Source of the DNA: Carcharhinus longimanus | Lineage: Eukaryota | Assembly (NCBI GenBank): GCA_030264375.1 | Contig: JASCQW010000133.1 | Coordinates: 36,936,409-37,000,408, forward strand | Reading direction: 5' to 3' | Length of the DNA stretch: 64,000 bases | Part shown: piece by piece, positions 13,329 through 26,706 of the stretch | Layout of the letters: every line of letters begins with the position of its first letter | Numbering within the stretch: the stretch's first letter is position 1 | Notes under the pieces: generated by a model | What the model was told of the DNA's origin: nothing | Seen by the model: the letters and a program-made list of their open reading frames with translations, nothing else | The model's database searches: none | Position numbers and translations under genes: made by a program

Positions 13329-13631
13329 GGGGTGGCATGGGGGCACAATGGTTAGCATTGCTACCTTACAGCACCAGGGACCTGAGTTCAATTCGCAGCT
13401 TGGATCACTATCTGTGCAGAGTCTGCACATTCTCCCTTTGAGGGTTTCCTCAGATTGCTCTGGTTTCCTCTCACAGTCTGAATGACATGCTGGTTGGGTG
13501 CATTGGCCGTGCCAAATTCTCCGTCAGTGTACCCAAACAGGTGCCAGAGTGTGGCGACTCAGGATTTTCACAGTAACTACATTACAGTGTTAATGTCAGT
13601 CCACTTGTGACATTAATAAACAAAATAAAAA
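13329..13631 (+). mobile_element. tRNA-derived V-SINE (HE1-like)
   Basis: tRNA-like head with A and B boxes (tggttagc...gttcaattc), V-core ggtttcctc...tctggtttcctc and an A-rich tail. Confidence 0.85.
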
Positions 13632-15742
13632 TGTTGGATCATTTTGGAAGATGTGGGTACTCTCAGCAAGATCTGGAGGCAAAGATCTTTTTCCATAGTA
13701 ACCTTTATTAATATATTCAACTATGTACTAGATAACATAGCTACTGCTCATCTCTCAAATTCTTCTCTCTCTCTCCTGAGTGATATTATTATTACATAGC
13801 TCCTTATACACATGCTCACTACCTATTAGTGTTATTCTATCTCTCTTGCAAATCTTGATCTTTAAATGCTATGTGCTCAGCCACTTATTTTTACAGGGAT
13901 AATCTTTATGGTGATGTCACCAATCTCCTTGAATGTGTAGTGTTTTTTTGAGGTTGTAAAGTTTCTGCTTGTAAAGTGGACAAATCCATATGATGCTGCA
14001 GAGGATTGGAAACTCTCATTGCTGAATTGTGACCCATTGTTAAAGATGACAATGTTCAGAATGCCATGTGTGAAAAACATCCTTTTCAGAAAGGTTATAA
14101 TGGCTTCAGAGGTGAGCTCATGTAGCTCTTGCACATCAGTGCAGTGGGAATAATAATCTACAATGATGAGAAATACTTTCCCTTTGAATTTAAATAAGTC
14201 CACACCATGATCTGGATGGAAAAAAGGAGAGCAGAATGGCTCTTGCTGCTCCTGTCAGTGAATACTGCAGGTAATGCAGTTAGAGAGCATGTCTTTGGTA
14301 GAGTGAGAGATATCTGGCCATCATAAGGACAGTTGTGCCTTGCCAGATACTTGGCAGTGCCAAGAGATCCACGGTAAATCTTTTGGCCTGCTTCTGGGAC
14401 CAACAACGGATCATAGGCCAAGAAGTCATCAATGACGTGGAGATGTTATTCAAAGGACTGCCTCAGGACAGTGTTACTGGGAACATATTCATCCATTCAT
14501 CAATACGTGTGAATCTGCACACATTCCCCATCTCGCATTTGAGATGGGGAATGTGCCTTCCAAAATTCACTATTGTTGGTAAAATTGAGTGGTTGCGGTG
14601 GTGAAGGCCTTGTCTTCCTCAACAATTTTTTTTATCTTCTTGTTCTGGTTAATTGGTATCTATGATGGAGTGTCAGCAGCAATTTGATATTTTCCCTATT
14701 AAATCAGCCTCAATCCGAATCTCTGGATTTGGGGGACATCTTTGCAATTTCCTTCATATTCAATTACTAGAAATTTGTGATCAGTTTCAATCTTGAATTG
14801 TAGGCCAAAGATGTAGTCAGAAATTCTTTCACCTGTCCATGTTGTTGCGAGGACTTCTTTCTCTATTACAGTGTGGTGCTGTTTGGTTTCAGTTAAGGAC
14901 CTTGATGCATTATAGGCAGGTCTTTTTGTCCCATTACTCTAGATCAGGAACACGACTTTTCCCAGTCATATTGTTGCTGACACATCTGCCACTACAATAT
15001 TTGGAAGTTTAAGATCACAGCAACTTGGATCTCTGAAAATATCAACATCCTTTTAATTCACTCAAATATTGCTGTTGATGCTCCATTCAGCACTACGTAT
15101 GATCTTGTCTCAAAAGTTGTCTTAAAGATTTGATTACTGGAACTAGATGGAATAGGAATTTTCCCAGTTGGTTCACCATATCTATAAACCATTGGAGTAC
15201 GGTCAGATTCCTGGTGGTGCAAATTCTCTTATGTCTTTTGTCTTCAGTGGATCGACGGTGATTCCTGTTTCCAGGATAATGTGGCTTAAAAATTTTATTG
15301 TGGACTTTGAAAATTCATATTCCCCATTGGGTATTAATCCAGCTACTAGCAGTGCTTTTAATAGTTACCTGCTCTTTTATCATATTCTTCCATTGTTAGA
15401 CAGTGTTCTAATCGATGGCTCATATGGCATATGGTGTTTTCCACATCGTCTACTAAATTGGACATCGTCCTTTAGAAAATCTCCTTTGTGAGGTGATGCC
15501 AAAAGGTGATGGTAACATCCAAAGGGTGGTTATGAAGGTGGTTAGAAGTTCTGACTCCTGATCCAGCAGTGACTACTAGAGTCCACTCTTTACGTTGAGC
15601 TTGGTAAAGATTGTACTCTTCTTGAGTCTGCCTAGGTTCTCATCTACAGATGTCACTAGATATATTTGCTGTTCTATCGCCTTGCTTAATTGCATTAGGT
15701 CAACAGAGATTCTGATGGATCCAATTGGCTTTGGAACTGGAA

Positions 15743-17692
15743 CCATATTTCCAGAGGCTCCATCATCACACATGTCAGCCTTCGGNNNNNNNNNNNNNNN
15801 NNNNNNNNNNNNNNNNNNNNNNNNNNNNNNNNNNNNNNNNNNNNNNNNNNNNNNNNNNNNNNNNNNNNNNNNNNNNNNNNNNNNNNNNNNNNNNNNNNNN
15901 NNNNNNNNNNNNNNNNNNNNNNNNNNNNNNNNNNNNNNNNNNNNNNNNNNNNNNNNNNNNNNNNNNNNNNNNNNNNNNNNNNNNNNNNNNNNNNNNNNNN
16001 NNNNNNNNNNNNNNNNNNNNNNNNNNNNNNNNNNNNNNNNNNNNNNNNNNNNNNNNCGATGAAAGAGTCTTCAATAGTGCTATCAGCAGCACTCACTCAG
16101 CAATAACCTGCTCATGGATGCCCAGTTTGGGCTCCTGAACTCATTACAGCCTTGGTTCAAACATGGACAAAAGAGCTGAATGCCAGAGATGAGGTCAGAC
16201 TGACTGCTCTTGACATCGAGGCAGCATTTGACTGAATCTGGTTTTGCTAGGGCTCCTCTTTGATGCCATAGTCAATGGGAATCAGGGGGAAGTCTGTAAT
16301 GAGTTCAGGAACCCAAACTGGGCATCCATGAGCAGGTTATTGCTGAGTGAGTGCTGCTGATAGCACTATTGAAGACTCTTTCATCGCTTTACTGATGATC
16401 AATAGTAGACTGATGAGGCTGCGATTGACCAGGTTGGATTTGTCCTGTTTCTTGTATACAAGACATCCCTGGGCAATTTCCCACACTGCTATGTAGATGC
16501 CAGATTTGTAGCTGTATTGGAACAGCTTGACGAGGGACATGGCAAACTCTGGAGCACAAGACTTCAGTATTATTGCCAGAATATTGTCAGGACCCATAGT
16601 CTTTGCAGTATCCAGTGCTGTCAGTTGTTTCTTGATATCACGTGGAGTGAATCGAACTGACCGAAGGCTGACATGAGTGATGATGGAGCCTCTGGAAATA
16701 TGGTCGATGATCAATCATCTCAGCTACAGAACATCACTGCAGGAGATCCTAGGGTAGATTCCTAGGCCCAGCCATCTTCAGCTGCTTCATCAATGAGCTT
16801 CCTTCAGTCATAAAGTCAGAAGTTCAGAGATGATTGCAAAATGCTCAGTTATTGTGACTTCTCAGATATTGAAGTTGCCCATGTCTAAATGCAGCAAGAC
16901 CTGGATAATATCCAAACTTGGCCTGACAAGTGGTAAGTAACATTTGTATCACAGAAGTGCCAGGCAATGACCATCTTCAACAAGAGAGGATCTAACCATC
17001 ACCCTTTGATTTTCAATGGCACTACCATCACTGAATTCCCCATTATTAAAATCCTGGGGGTTACCATTGACCAGAAATTGAACCGGACTAGCTGTGTAAA
17101 TACTGTGACTACCAGAGCAGGTCAAAGGCTAGGAATCCTGTGATAGGTAACTCATCTCTTGACTCCCCAATGCCTGCCCCATCTATAAGGTACAAGTCAA
17201 GAGTATAATGGAATCTTCTCCACCTGCCTGGATGAGTGCAGCTCCAACAACACCACAAGAAGCTCAACACCATCCAGGACAAAGCAGCCCGCTTGATTTC
17301 TACCCCTTCCACAAACATTTAATCCCACCACCACGATGGACAGTGGCAGCCATGTGTACCCCATCCACAAGATGCATTGCAGAAAATCACCAAGGTTCAT
17401 TAGGCAGCACCTTTCACTACCACCTAGAAGGACAAGAGCAGCAGATACTTGGAAACACTAGCACCTGGAAGTTCACTTCCAAGCCACTTGGAAATATATT
17501 ACTGTTTCCTCACTGTCGGTGGATCAAAATCCTGGAACTCTCTACTTAACAATACAATGTGTGTACCTACACCTCAGAGACTTCAGTGGTTTCAGGAACC
17601 TCACCACCATCTTCTGAAGGGTAACTAGGGATGGGGAATAAATGCTGGCCTACCCAGCAATGTCCACATCCTGTAAATGAATTAAAAAAAAA
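15743..17692 (+). mobile_element. CR1-group LINE (second family) 3' portion inserted into the Gypsy RT, containing an internal inverted duplication
   Basis: RT motifs such as ALDIEAAFD, a 3' tail gggatggggaataaatgctggcc...aattaaaaaaaaa, and Gypsy RT sequence resuming on both sides. Confidence 0.85.
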
Positions 17693-17976
17693 CCTCGTTA
17701 GATTTTGTAACTGGCAAATCGACCCTTGTTGAAGCATCGCTTCTATCTCACTTCTTACCCGTTTTAGAACGGACTGTGGGACTTGCCTGGATGTAAACAA
17801 ACAGACAGATGGTTTTTGTATCTGCCTTTAGTGTGATGTGGTACACGGTTTTCAATTTTCCCAATTCTCTGATGCATTTTAGAAATTCTCTTCTAAATTT
17901 CTTGCCATGTTCTTGGTTTTTGACTTCACCAATTTTCAGGATTAGGTTCAGACCTTTACAGGTTTTCCTGCTTAAT

Positions 17977-18105
17977 AGGCAGTGGAATTTTCCCATTCCG
18001 CCTGCCACAAAAATCGTAGCGGGCGGGACACGTACAATACAAAGGTCTGTTAATCTTGGGTGGGATTTCCAACCTTGGGGCGAACGTAGCTGGAAAATCC
18101 TGCCT
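17977..18105. mobile_element. MITE (PIF/Harbinger-like terminal inverted repeats) inserted in the Gypsy element
   Basis: Ends ggcagtggaattttcc...ggaaaatcctgcc form an inverted repeat, and related termini recur at 44708, 45090 and 58150. Confidence 0.6.
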
Positions 18106-19204
18106 CTAGTGTCTCAGAGATTGTTCTGTCTTCATCCCTTAATGTTGCATCTATGACTTTTAGCTTGATTCCTCCCAAACTTTAAAGTTAGATTGATGAA
18201 GATTGCAGCGTAACTTTCTGTAGCCAGTTAACTCCATCAGGCACAACTGAGACACCAGTTCCTAAATCCAATTTAAATGCTGTATGATATTCATTGACTT
18301 CAATGTTAACGTTCCATTATTGGCTTTTATTTGCTTTGATTTTATCAAAAAAAAATATTTTCAGGCTGTCTGGCTTCCTACATTTCTTGTATGAAACTGC
18401 CTTTAAAAGGTGTTTCTTTTTTTTGCAAACACAGGCTTTTTTGAGTGACACACTTTTAAAATAACCAACTTTGCCACATCCATGACACTCTGTGGTTTGG
18501 GTGGGGACCGGTGGATCTTTCTCCAGCCACAGTGGGGCATTATAAAACAAAGGTTGGCACTCTTTTAGCTTATTTTTCTGTTTGCTGCCACGGTGAACTT
18601 TCAGTTTTGTACTCAATAAATTGAATGCCTTATTTTTCCCCACAAAATTTCTCGCTCATTCCTTACAAGCACTTTGTTTTGCTTTCACAATTCAGCCTGT
18701 TTAGCCAGTTGTACCACTCCAAGTCAAATCTTCTCTAGATTGTAAAAAGTCTGACGGGCTTTCTTTCAAGACACTGATAACTATTCTGTCTTTTACTAAA
18801 TAATATTTTAATGTTCTATACTCACAGTTATCAGCCAAATGGTGAGAATCATTTCTAAATGAATTGATCCTTTTGCCTGTTACTTAATTTCAACAGTTGA
18901 GTTTTGCCTCTCTATGACAATGTTTCAACTAAGGCTAAAATACAAGTTAAAAGCTCTGATGATATCCTCCTAGGAAGCCATCTCTTCTTTCACCCCCCGT
19001 TTCTGGGGATAAGGCGGGAAAGTGGAGTTGAGGGTCATTGGATCAGATTGGTCACCATCTCATTGAGTGGCGGAGCAGACTCAGTGGGCCAAGCGGTCTG
19101 TCTGNNNNNNNNNNNNNNNNNNNNNNNNNNNNNNNNNNNNNNNNNNNNNNNNNNNNNNNNNNNNNNNNNNNNNNNNNNNNNNNNNNNNNNNNNNNNNNNN
19201 NNNN

Positions 19205-19668
19205 ACCTCCCCCCCCCACATCAGAATGATCTGGCCTCCTTCCTCCACCTCCCTCCCACCAGACGATGATCGGGCCTTCCCCCCCCCATCCCCATTAGAG
19301 AATGATCTGATCCGCCCTGCACCCCCTCGCCGCCCACCACCAATCTGAGTCAGAGAGTCACTGGAAGCTCTGAACTTAACTCTTCAGAAGCTGAAGTGCC
19401 TGAAACAGACCTTTGCTGAGCATTTCGTGCCACATCTGGATTGACGAACGTGATGGTAAAGGGGGAAATGCTGGTAAAGTTGAGTGGCCAGCCCATTAAT
19501 TCAATTTAAATGCATGCAAATGCACTTAAATCGTCATTGTGCCGGTTTCGGGCATGTTTTGGATTGCAGCCACTTTCTGGCCTTGGTAGAATGGGCATCT
19601 GCGTGGATGCAGGCACGGATCGCACTAATTACCTCACGCCTGACGACGCAATAGTAAAATCGGGCCCT
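19205..19668. mobile_element. Non-autonomous DNA-transposon fragment
   Basis: GC- and CpG-rich block ending in the TIR-like agtaaaatcgggccc; its other end falls in a gap. Confidence 0.45.
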
Positions 19669-20749
19669 ATATCTTTCATCTTCAAGTGTTTTTCTACTTC
19701 CTTTTTTAATACCAGAATGGTCTATCTCAATTGCTAATTGTGATAATGCATTTAATATTCTAAAATATTTTCTAAGGAATACCTTGATACCAAATCAAAA
19801 TTTATGCCTCTTGATGCCAATTTGCTGACAAGTGAAAATAATCTTTTGCTACTTAGTTCTCAAACACTTCCAAACTTTTAATAGCAACATTCAACCCCTC
19901 CACTTAATCTTCTGTGCTCTAGTAAATAGTTTTTAAAGTCTATCATTGATCTATAACCTATCATCTATTTTATCCTTGGAATTCCAAATTGCACCTCTTT
20001 CCATGACTTGAGAGGTGGAATATTATGGGGCTAGAAAATGCAACAAGCCCTTCAAAAATTTGAGGATCATATGAATGGAACAGGCTGTAAAATCCCACCC
20101 TCAATATTTTTCTATATTGGGACACCTATAGTTGAAGAGCATTTTCTTACACTGGAGTTAGATTTTATTATGAGTAATGATTTTTTTTAAACTTTTCCAG
20201 CAATTGGACAGTGAGTCCACTACAAAGTTTTGGAGAAATTAAAATAAAATTTAACTCAAAATGCTCAACAAGAGTGCCTGATTTTAATGTGTTTTTTAAG
20301 GTTCATCATCCCATCTCTTTGCTTTTGTACTTAGTGCCCTATGCACAGACCAAGAATCACCTTGTATGGCTTTTTCAGTCTTCAAACCTATTTTAAATTT
20401 CCTTCCCTTTTCCAAGCACAAAGTGGTACTTTATCAGCTACTTTTTCAAAGTCAAGATGTACTCTATTGCAAACAATATGCATTTTCTTGCACAATCTAC
20501 TAGTAAGCATAACCTTCCTTTACAAATTCATGTTCGCTGTCACATATCTTTCTGGTGTTCACTAATGTTCCTCAATATAATCAATACGAGACTAACTGAA
20601 ATACATTTAACTGGCTTACTCATTTTCCCTATTATGAACAGAATTTAATGTTTGACAACATCTGTCTTCCTCTTAACAAGAGATTTAGCTGGAGGCAAAT
20701 ATGCTTTTTCAAAGTAATCTTTATTTGCGTATTCAACCATGCACAGGAT

Positions 20750-21135
20750 CTTATCAGAACATAAGATTGTGAGGGGGGTGTTGATATATTAGATACCACA
20801 AGGATGTTTCCACTTTAGGGGGGACCAGAACCAGGGGATACAGTTTGAGTATAAGAGGTACACCATTTAAGATTGAGATCAGGAGAATTTGTTTCTGTCA
20901 AGGGTAATTAGAATGTGGAATTCTCTACCCCAGAAAGCTTTGGCGGCTGGATCATTGAATTTATTCTCAGCAGAATTAGACAGATTTTTGATAAGCAAGA
21001 GAGTCAGTTGTTACCGGGGGAGGGGGGAACAAACACGAAAGTGGGATTGAGACACAACCAGATCAGCCATGATCTTATCGAATGGTGGAGCAGACCCACA
21101 GGGCTGAGTAGTCCATTCCTATTCCTAAGTCTCAT
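20750..21135 (+). mobile_element. CR1 3'-end fragment interrupting the Gypsy LTR-like block
   Basis: CR1 3' motifs (tggaattctctacccc, gatcagccatgatcttatcgaatggtggagcag). Confidence 0.8.
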
Positions 21136-22419
21136 GCACAAAGCACTCTAAGATTCTCCTCTGAGTGACATCATTATTACATAGCTCCTTACACATGCGT
21201 TCAGTAGCTATTGTTAGAATTCATCCTTTACTCTATTCCCCTTACTGCATCCAAATACTTACCCCAGGACTTTCCATTCCCCAGATATAGCTAGTTTCTA
21301 GGCCCGAGGTCTTAGATCTGCTAGGAAATTGTTAATCTCACATTGAGTGATGCATTCTACTTAATATTAAAGCACTTTCACACTTCACAATTAAGTGATG
21401 TTTGGATTTTTAGTCGACTATTAGAATCCTAAATGTCATAGAAACAGTCACTCTCCCACAACTAATCCTCACACTTCAGCACAAAACCACATAGGCTCAG
21501 GACTCAACTCACAGACTTACTGCATCTAATCTAACTCCCCATCCTTTCACTCCATCAATACTTTACTCTATCCCCTCTCAATTCAATTTGGTAATCTTTT
21601 GCTCCCACCTTAATTCACCCTGATGCTTTCTTCTTCCTGCTCTTCACACCTGTTTCTCCGACCTCCTACCCCCACAATAGCACTAGCCCCAACTGCTGCA
21701 TCTTCCTTCCCCTTATCTTGTCATTGATTTCCCCTCTTCCCTATATTTCCTCTTTCCTTTTCAGTGATTGATTTACTACAGTGCCAATCCTACTTGACTA
21801 TTGCTGGTAATGAGAATCATTCCAGCTGTAACATAATGTAGGTAGAACTTTTGACCACAACAGTTCCTGCCTGTGATAACGTTTGGTCCAGAATCACTTG
21901 CATTAGCAACAGGGCAAGGGTTCATGCTGATTTTTTTGTCAGTGAGCACTAACACAGAAATTGGACTTCCAAAACATTAACTGTCAGCACGAAACGTTGA
22001 TAGCTAGTGTATATACTAACCGATAGCCCTTGACGGAAATTTCTCATATTCCCCCATCAAGTTAAATAGGCTGCCCTTGTCCACTGCCTCAGCTTCCAAA
22101 TGGTGGCTAGAGCAAGTATCAGAACATCAATGGTGCTCATGGAATTCTATTCCAGCGTTCCAAATACTATAGAAGGGAAAAATAGGGGAAACTGCCTCCT
22201 TTGTTCTGTGTGTACCAAATTAAAGAAATAAAGCAATTACTACATGTAGCCAGTGCTGGATGGCATGTAATTTAAAAGCTTTTATACAAAGATATTGTAA
22301 TTGGTTAAAACAAAATGCCTTTTGTAGTTTTATAATCAGGTTTCTATAATCTATTTCTTTTGCAGCTGTGCAGCAAATACAGACTGAATCAAGAAGCACA
22401 TGGAGTGCAGTTGATCTTG

Positions 22420-22930
22420 GAGACAGAGGGGAACCAGTGGATGTGGTGTTTTTAGATTTCCAAAAGGCGTTTGATAAGGTGCCTCATAAAAGGTTGCCAC
22501 AGAAGGGTAGGGTGCACGGAGTTGGGGGTGAGGTGTTAGCATGGACAGAGGATTGGCTGTCTAATAAGAAGCAGAGAGTTGGTATCAATGGGTGCTATTC
22601 TGATTGGCGGTTGGTGACTAGTGGAATGCCGCAGGGATCGGTGTTGGGGCCTCAGCTATTTACCATTTATATAGACGATCTGGAGGAGGGGGCTGAGTGT
22701 AGGGTGATGAAATTTGCTGATGACACGAAGATGAGTGGAAAAGCAAATTGCGTNNNNNNNNNNNNNNNNNNNNNNNNNNNNNNNNNNNNNNNNNNNNNNN
22801 NNNNNNNNNNNNNNNNNNNNNNNNNNNNNNNNNNNNNNNNNNNNNNNNNNNNNTGATCTTATTGAATGGTGGGGCAGGCTCGAAGGGCTAGACGGCCTAC
22901 TCCTGCTCCTATTTCTTATGTTCTTATGTT
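22420..22930 (+). mobile_element. CR1 LINE RT fragment and tail (spans a gap)
   Basis: [20 protein letters not shown]...[10 protein letters not shown]...KFADDTK. Confidence 0.92.
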
Positions 22931-23074
22931 GTTTCACCAGCATACAAGTGAGTGTCAAAATGTTTCTTAAAGAATTGTATTGCTCTTGCTGGGAGGAAGA
23001 AAGAAGTGGGGGGTAATTACATTAATAGCATATACCAGTTTAGCGGCTGTGACAGCTCCATGTAATAGTACTGG

Positions 23075-23450
23075 TCAACGTAGAGCTGAGCCATACAAAT
23101 CAGCAGCCCAAGTTTAATTGCTTATTTTCTAAGTTTTCTAATTTTAGCCATGGCCATATGAGATGCAATTGGTCTTAGTGTGCTGAGTTAAGAAAAGAAG
23201 GTGGATAGTCAGCATGGTTTCCTACTGCTGGTCATCACCAGTAAACCCTGCTAGAAGATTTGTATGTTTGGACATAAGATCACATTAGGACTAAAGTCAG
23301 CTGTGATGCACTTCATGCTGAATAAACCACCAACATTCATTGGTCGGATTACCAATAAATCGCTATGTAGATCGGGGACTGAATGGCTGCTAATACTCAT
23401 AGAATTATACCCCAGCGGGAGTTAATGTCAATAGAAGAGGAAGGGAGAAG
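23075..23450 (+). mobile_element. LF-SINE-like decayed SINE
   Basis: ctgagccatacaaatcag...caattggtcttagtg...ggtttcctactgctggtcatcaccagtaaaccctgctag resembles the LF-SINE core. Confidence 0.5.
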
Positions 23451-23494
23451 ATTTGAAATTTAAAAAAAAAATCTGGGTGCATCCTTACATCTAA

Positions 23495-24885
23495 ACGTAT
23501 GAATTAAGATCAGGAGTAGGCCATTCAGCTGCTTGAACCTACTCCACCATTCAATAAGATCATAGCTGATCTGCTCCTCAGCCCTGCCTACCCCTGATCT
23601 AGCTCAACCTTAAAATGATTCAGAGACTCTGCTTCCACCATCTTTTGAGGAACAGAGTTCCAGAGACTCACCATCTTCAGAAAAAATTCATCTCTGTCCA
23701 AAATGAGCGACCCCTTACTGTTAAACAGTGACCCCTAATTTTTGATTTTCTGAAAGGAGGAAACATTCTCTCCACATCAACCCTTTCAATATCCCACAGG
23801 ATCGTAAAGGCTTTGATCTAATTGTCTCTTACCCTAGTGGATACAAACCTAACCTCTCCCAACATTTCCTCATAAAACAACCACCCATTCCTGGTATTAG
23901 TCTAGTAAACTTCCTCCGAACTGCTTCTAATGCAGTTACATCTTTCCTTAAATAAAGAGACCAATACTGTACGCAATACTCCAGATGTGATCTCACTAAC
24001 GTCCTGCACAACTGAAGTGTAACTTTCCTACTTTTGTAATCAATTCCCGTCACAATAAATGATAACATTATTTGCTTTTGTAATTACCTGCTGCGATTCA
24101 TGCACTAGGATACCCAGATCCTTCTGCACCTCAGAGTTTTGCAATCTCTCATTTTCCGATAATAATTTTTTTTATTCTTCCAGTCAAAGTGGACAATTTC
24201 ATATTTTCCCCACATTATACTGCATTTGCCAAAGGTTGCCTACTCACTTAACCTATGTCCCTTTCTAGCCTCTTTACACCCTCTTCACAATTTACTTTCC
24301 TACCTATCTTTGTAATTTTAGCAACCATACATTCAGTCCCGTCATCATTTGTATAATTTGTAAAACATTGATGCCCCAGCACTGATCCCTGTGGCACACC
24401 ACTCATCACATCCTGCCAAGCAGAAAAAGACCCATTTATACCCACCCTGTTTGCTGTTAACTAATCAATCTTCTGGGCGGCACAGCGGTTAGTATAGCTG
24501 TCTCACAGTGCCAGGGTCCCGGGTTCAATTCCTGGCTTGGGTCACTGTCTGTGTGAAGTTTGCACATTCTCCCTGGGTCTGCATGAGTTTCCTTGGATGC
24601 TCTGGTTTCCACCCACAGCCCAAAGATGTGCAGGTAAGTGGACTGACCATGTTAAATTGCCCCTTAATGTCAGGGGACTAGCTAGGGTAAATGCACAGGG
24701 TTATGGGAATAGGACCTGGGTGGGATTGTGGTCCGTGCAGACTCAATGTGCTGAATGGCCTCCTTCTGCATTGTAGGATTGTATAATTCAATCCATGCCA
24801 ATATATTACCCCATATATCACAAGTTTTTATTTGACACAATAAGCTTTGATGTGGTACTTTATCAATTACCTTCTGGAAATGTTA
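23495..24885 (-). mobile_element. CR1 LINE 3' portion with a nested V-SINE
   Basis: ORFs LVRSHLEYCVQYWSLYLRKD and SGVPQGSVLG, with a tail near 23500. Confidence 0.88.
24475..24790 (+). mobile_element. V-SINE (HE1-like) nested in CR1
   Basis: gggcggcacagcggttag...cccgggttcaattcc head, V-core and CR1-type tail gctgaatggcctccttctgc. Confidence 0.88.
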
Positions 24886-25794
24886 TTTTGAGATGGAAGT
24901 TAAAAGTTGAAGGTTAGAAGCTGAGTGGTGGGAACATAATTCTTTACAGAGATCTGTCACATGCCTGTTGCTGAATTTCTCCATGTGTATCATAATGTGC
25001 CACTATTCAATACAAGACTTTCTCTGATAGGCAATGTTCAACAAGCTCAAACCAATCATTTTATTGTGAAGGGACTTCACAATCAATAAAACCTTTTCCT
25101 ACCTAACATCCACACCCACTTCTAACAGGGCTAATGGAGGAGGAACTTTGCTCATTTTTCCTCTACTTATTCCAGGGACGTGGACATTAAATTGTTATGC
25201 CTTATCTGGGCTGTTATGTTGAACCTGGGTTCTTCTTGATCTCTATGACTTAGTACAACATTAATGAAATTAGCTATCAGGATAATTAGTGCTAATTTTA
25301 CTGTGTACACTTTTAATTATAAACCTGGGAAAGTACATTCCGAAAAAAGATATATGAAGAGAATAGATGGGTGGCTGAACAAATCCATGAGTGGAATTTG
25401 ATAAGTGATACAAAAGGACATTTTATATATAATTAATATATATGATTAATACTAATATCATTCCATTGGTCTTCCTAATTATTTGTTCTTCATATACATG
25501 GGTGCCTGGATCCCTTTGTACCGCAATCTTCCTCAGTGTACCCAAACAGGCACCAGGGTGTGGCGACTAGGGGATTTTCACAGTAACTTCATTGCAGTGT
25601 TGGTGTAAACCTACTCGTGACTCTAATAAATAAACTTAATATCCTTTCATCTCCCTCCATTTAGATGTTTTGCTTTTCTATTATTCCTACCAATGTGGAT
25701 AGCTTCACATCTTCCAGCATCATACTCCAAACATCTGTCCACTCACTTAACATATCTTTATCCCCTTTGCAAACTCTTTTGGTTGCTTTTAATG

Positions 25795-26092
25795 GAGGCA
25801 TGGTAGCGCAGTGGTTAGCACTGCCATCTCACAGCACCAGGGACCCCAAGGTCAATTTGTAGCTTGGGTCACTGTGCGGAGTCTGCATGTTCTCCCTGTG
25901 TCTATGTGGGTTTCCTCCAGGTGCACTGGTTTCCTCCACAATCCAAAGACATGCTGGTTAGATGCACTGGTTATGCTAAATTCTCCCTCAGTGCACCTGT
26001 ACAGGTGCCAGAGTGTGGTGACTAGGGGATTTTCACAGTGACTTTATTGCAGCGTTAATGTAAGGCCAACTGTGATACAAATAAACTTAAAC
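25795..26092 (+). mobile_element. V-SINE (a partial second copy lies at ~25530-25640)
   Basis: tRNA head and V-core, with the same tail as the copy at 13329-13631. Confidence 0.85.
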
Positions 26093-26706
26093 AACAGTGT
26101 CTTACCCCTCAGCGAGAGCGCCACAGGAATCCTGTGTTGTCCCTTTTAGGGAAGACCAGCCAAATTACCTGGAATGTGATGGAGTTTTCCCAAGGACTCA
26201 GGGTTGGATGTCTTGCCTGCCAAGAGCTGCCAGCCAGAGGCCAGTAGTTAATAATTATTGATGGGCAGAGACACTGGAGAAGGAATAGCTGCTGCCAGTA
26301 TTACATCCACTGAAGGCTTAGTGTTATTGCTGAACCTCAGGCCATAGGTGAGTGATGGCAAAGTATGGGTCAGGTGTGAGGGGTCAGCAGCAAGGCAGGG
26401 GAATGGCTGTTAGTAGATTCCCCCCCCCACTATCAGCACTAAGTACCTTTGAACAATCCACCCTTTCGCCCCATAACACCTCCCACTCTCTTCCCAACTC
26501 CCCTCGGGCCTCTCCAGCCTCACCTCCCCCCACTCACCCCCACCTCTGCCTCACCTTCCCCAACCACCCCCGGTTCTGTCTCACCTTTCTCATCCACCCC
26601 ACCCCCNNNNNNNNNNNNNNNNNNNNNNNNNNNNNNNNNNNNNNNNNNNNNNNNNNNNNNNNNNNNNNNNNNNNNNNNNNNNNNNNNNNNNNNNNNNNNN
26701 NNNNNN

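Larger units (their letters stand above)
13650..21250 (-). mobile_element. Decayed Ty3/Gypsy LTR retrotransposon (gag-PR-RT-RNaseH-IN) with two related LTR-like ends and nested insertions
   Basis: Zinc knuckle CHGCGKVGY (~18470), protease-like FKLDLG (~18270), RT MVPVPKPIGSIRISVDL (~15700) and integrase DLFKFKGKVFLIIVDYYS...NNGSQF (13877-14203). Homologous LTR-like blocks lie at ~13650-13850 and ~20670-21250. Confidence 0.85.

Noticed and set aside
13329-13400. tRNA genes at SINE heads (also 24475, 25795, 58900)
   Set aside because: They are degenerate A/B-box heads continuous with SINE bodies and do not form a full cloverleaf.
21644-26380. Additional T-box half-sites (TCACACCT ~21645, AGGTGTGA ~26372)
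   Set aside because: An 8-mer is expected about twice by chance in 64 kb over both strands, and both sites lie in repeat-like sequence.
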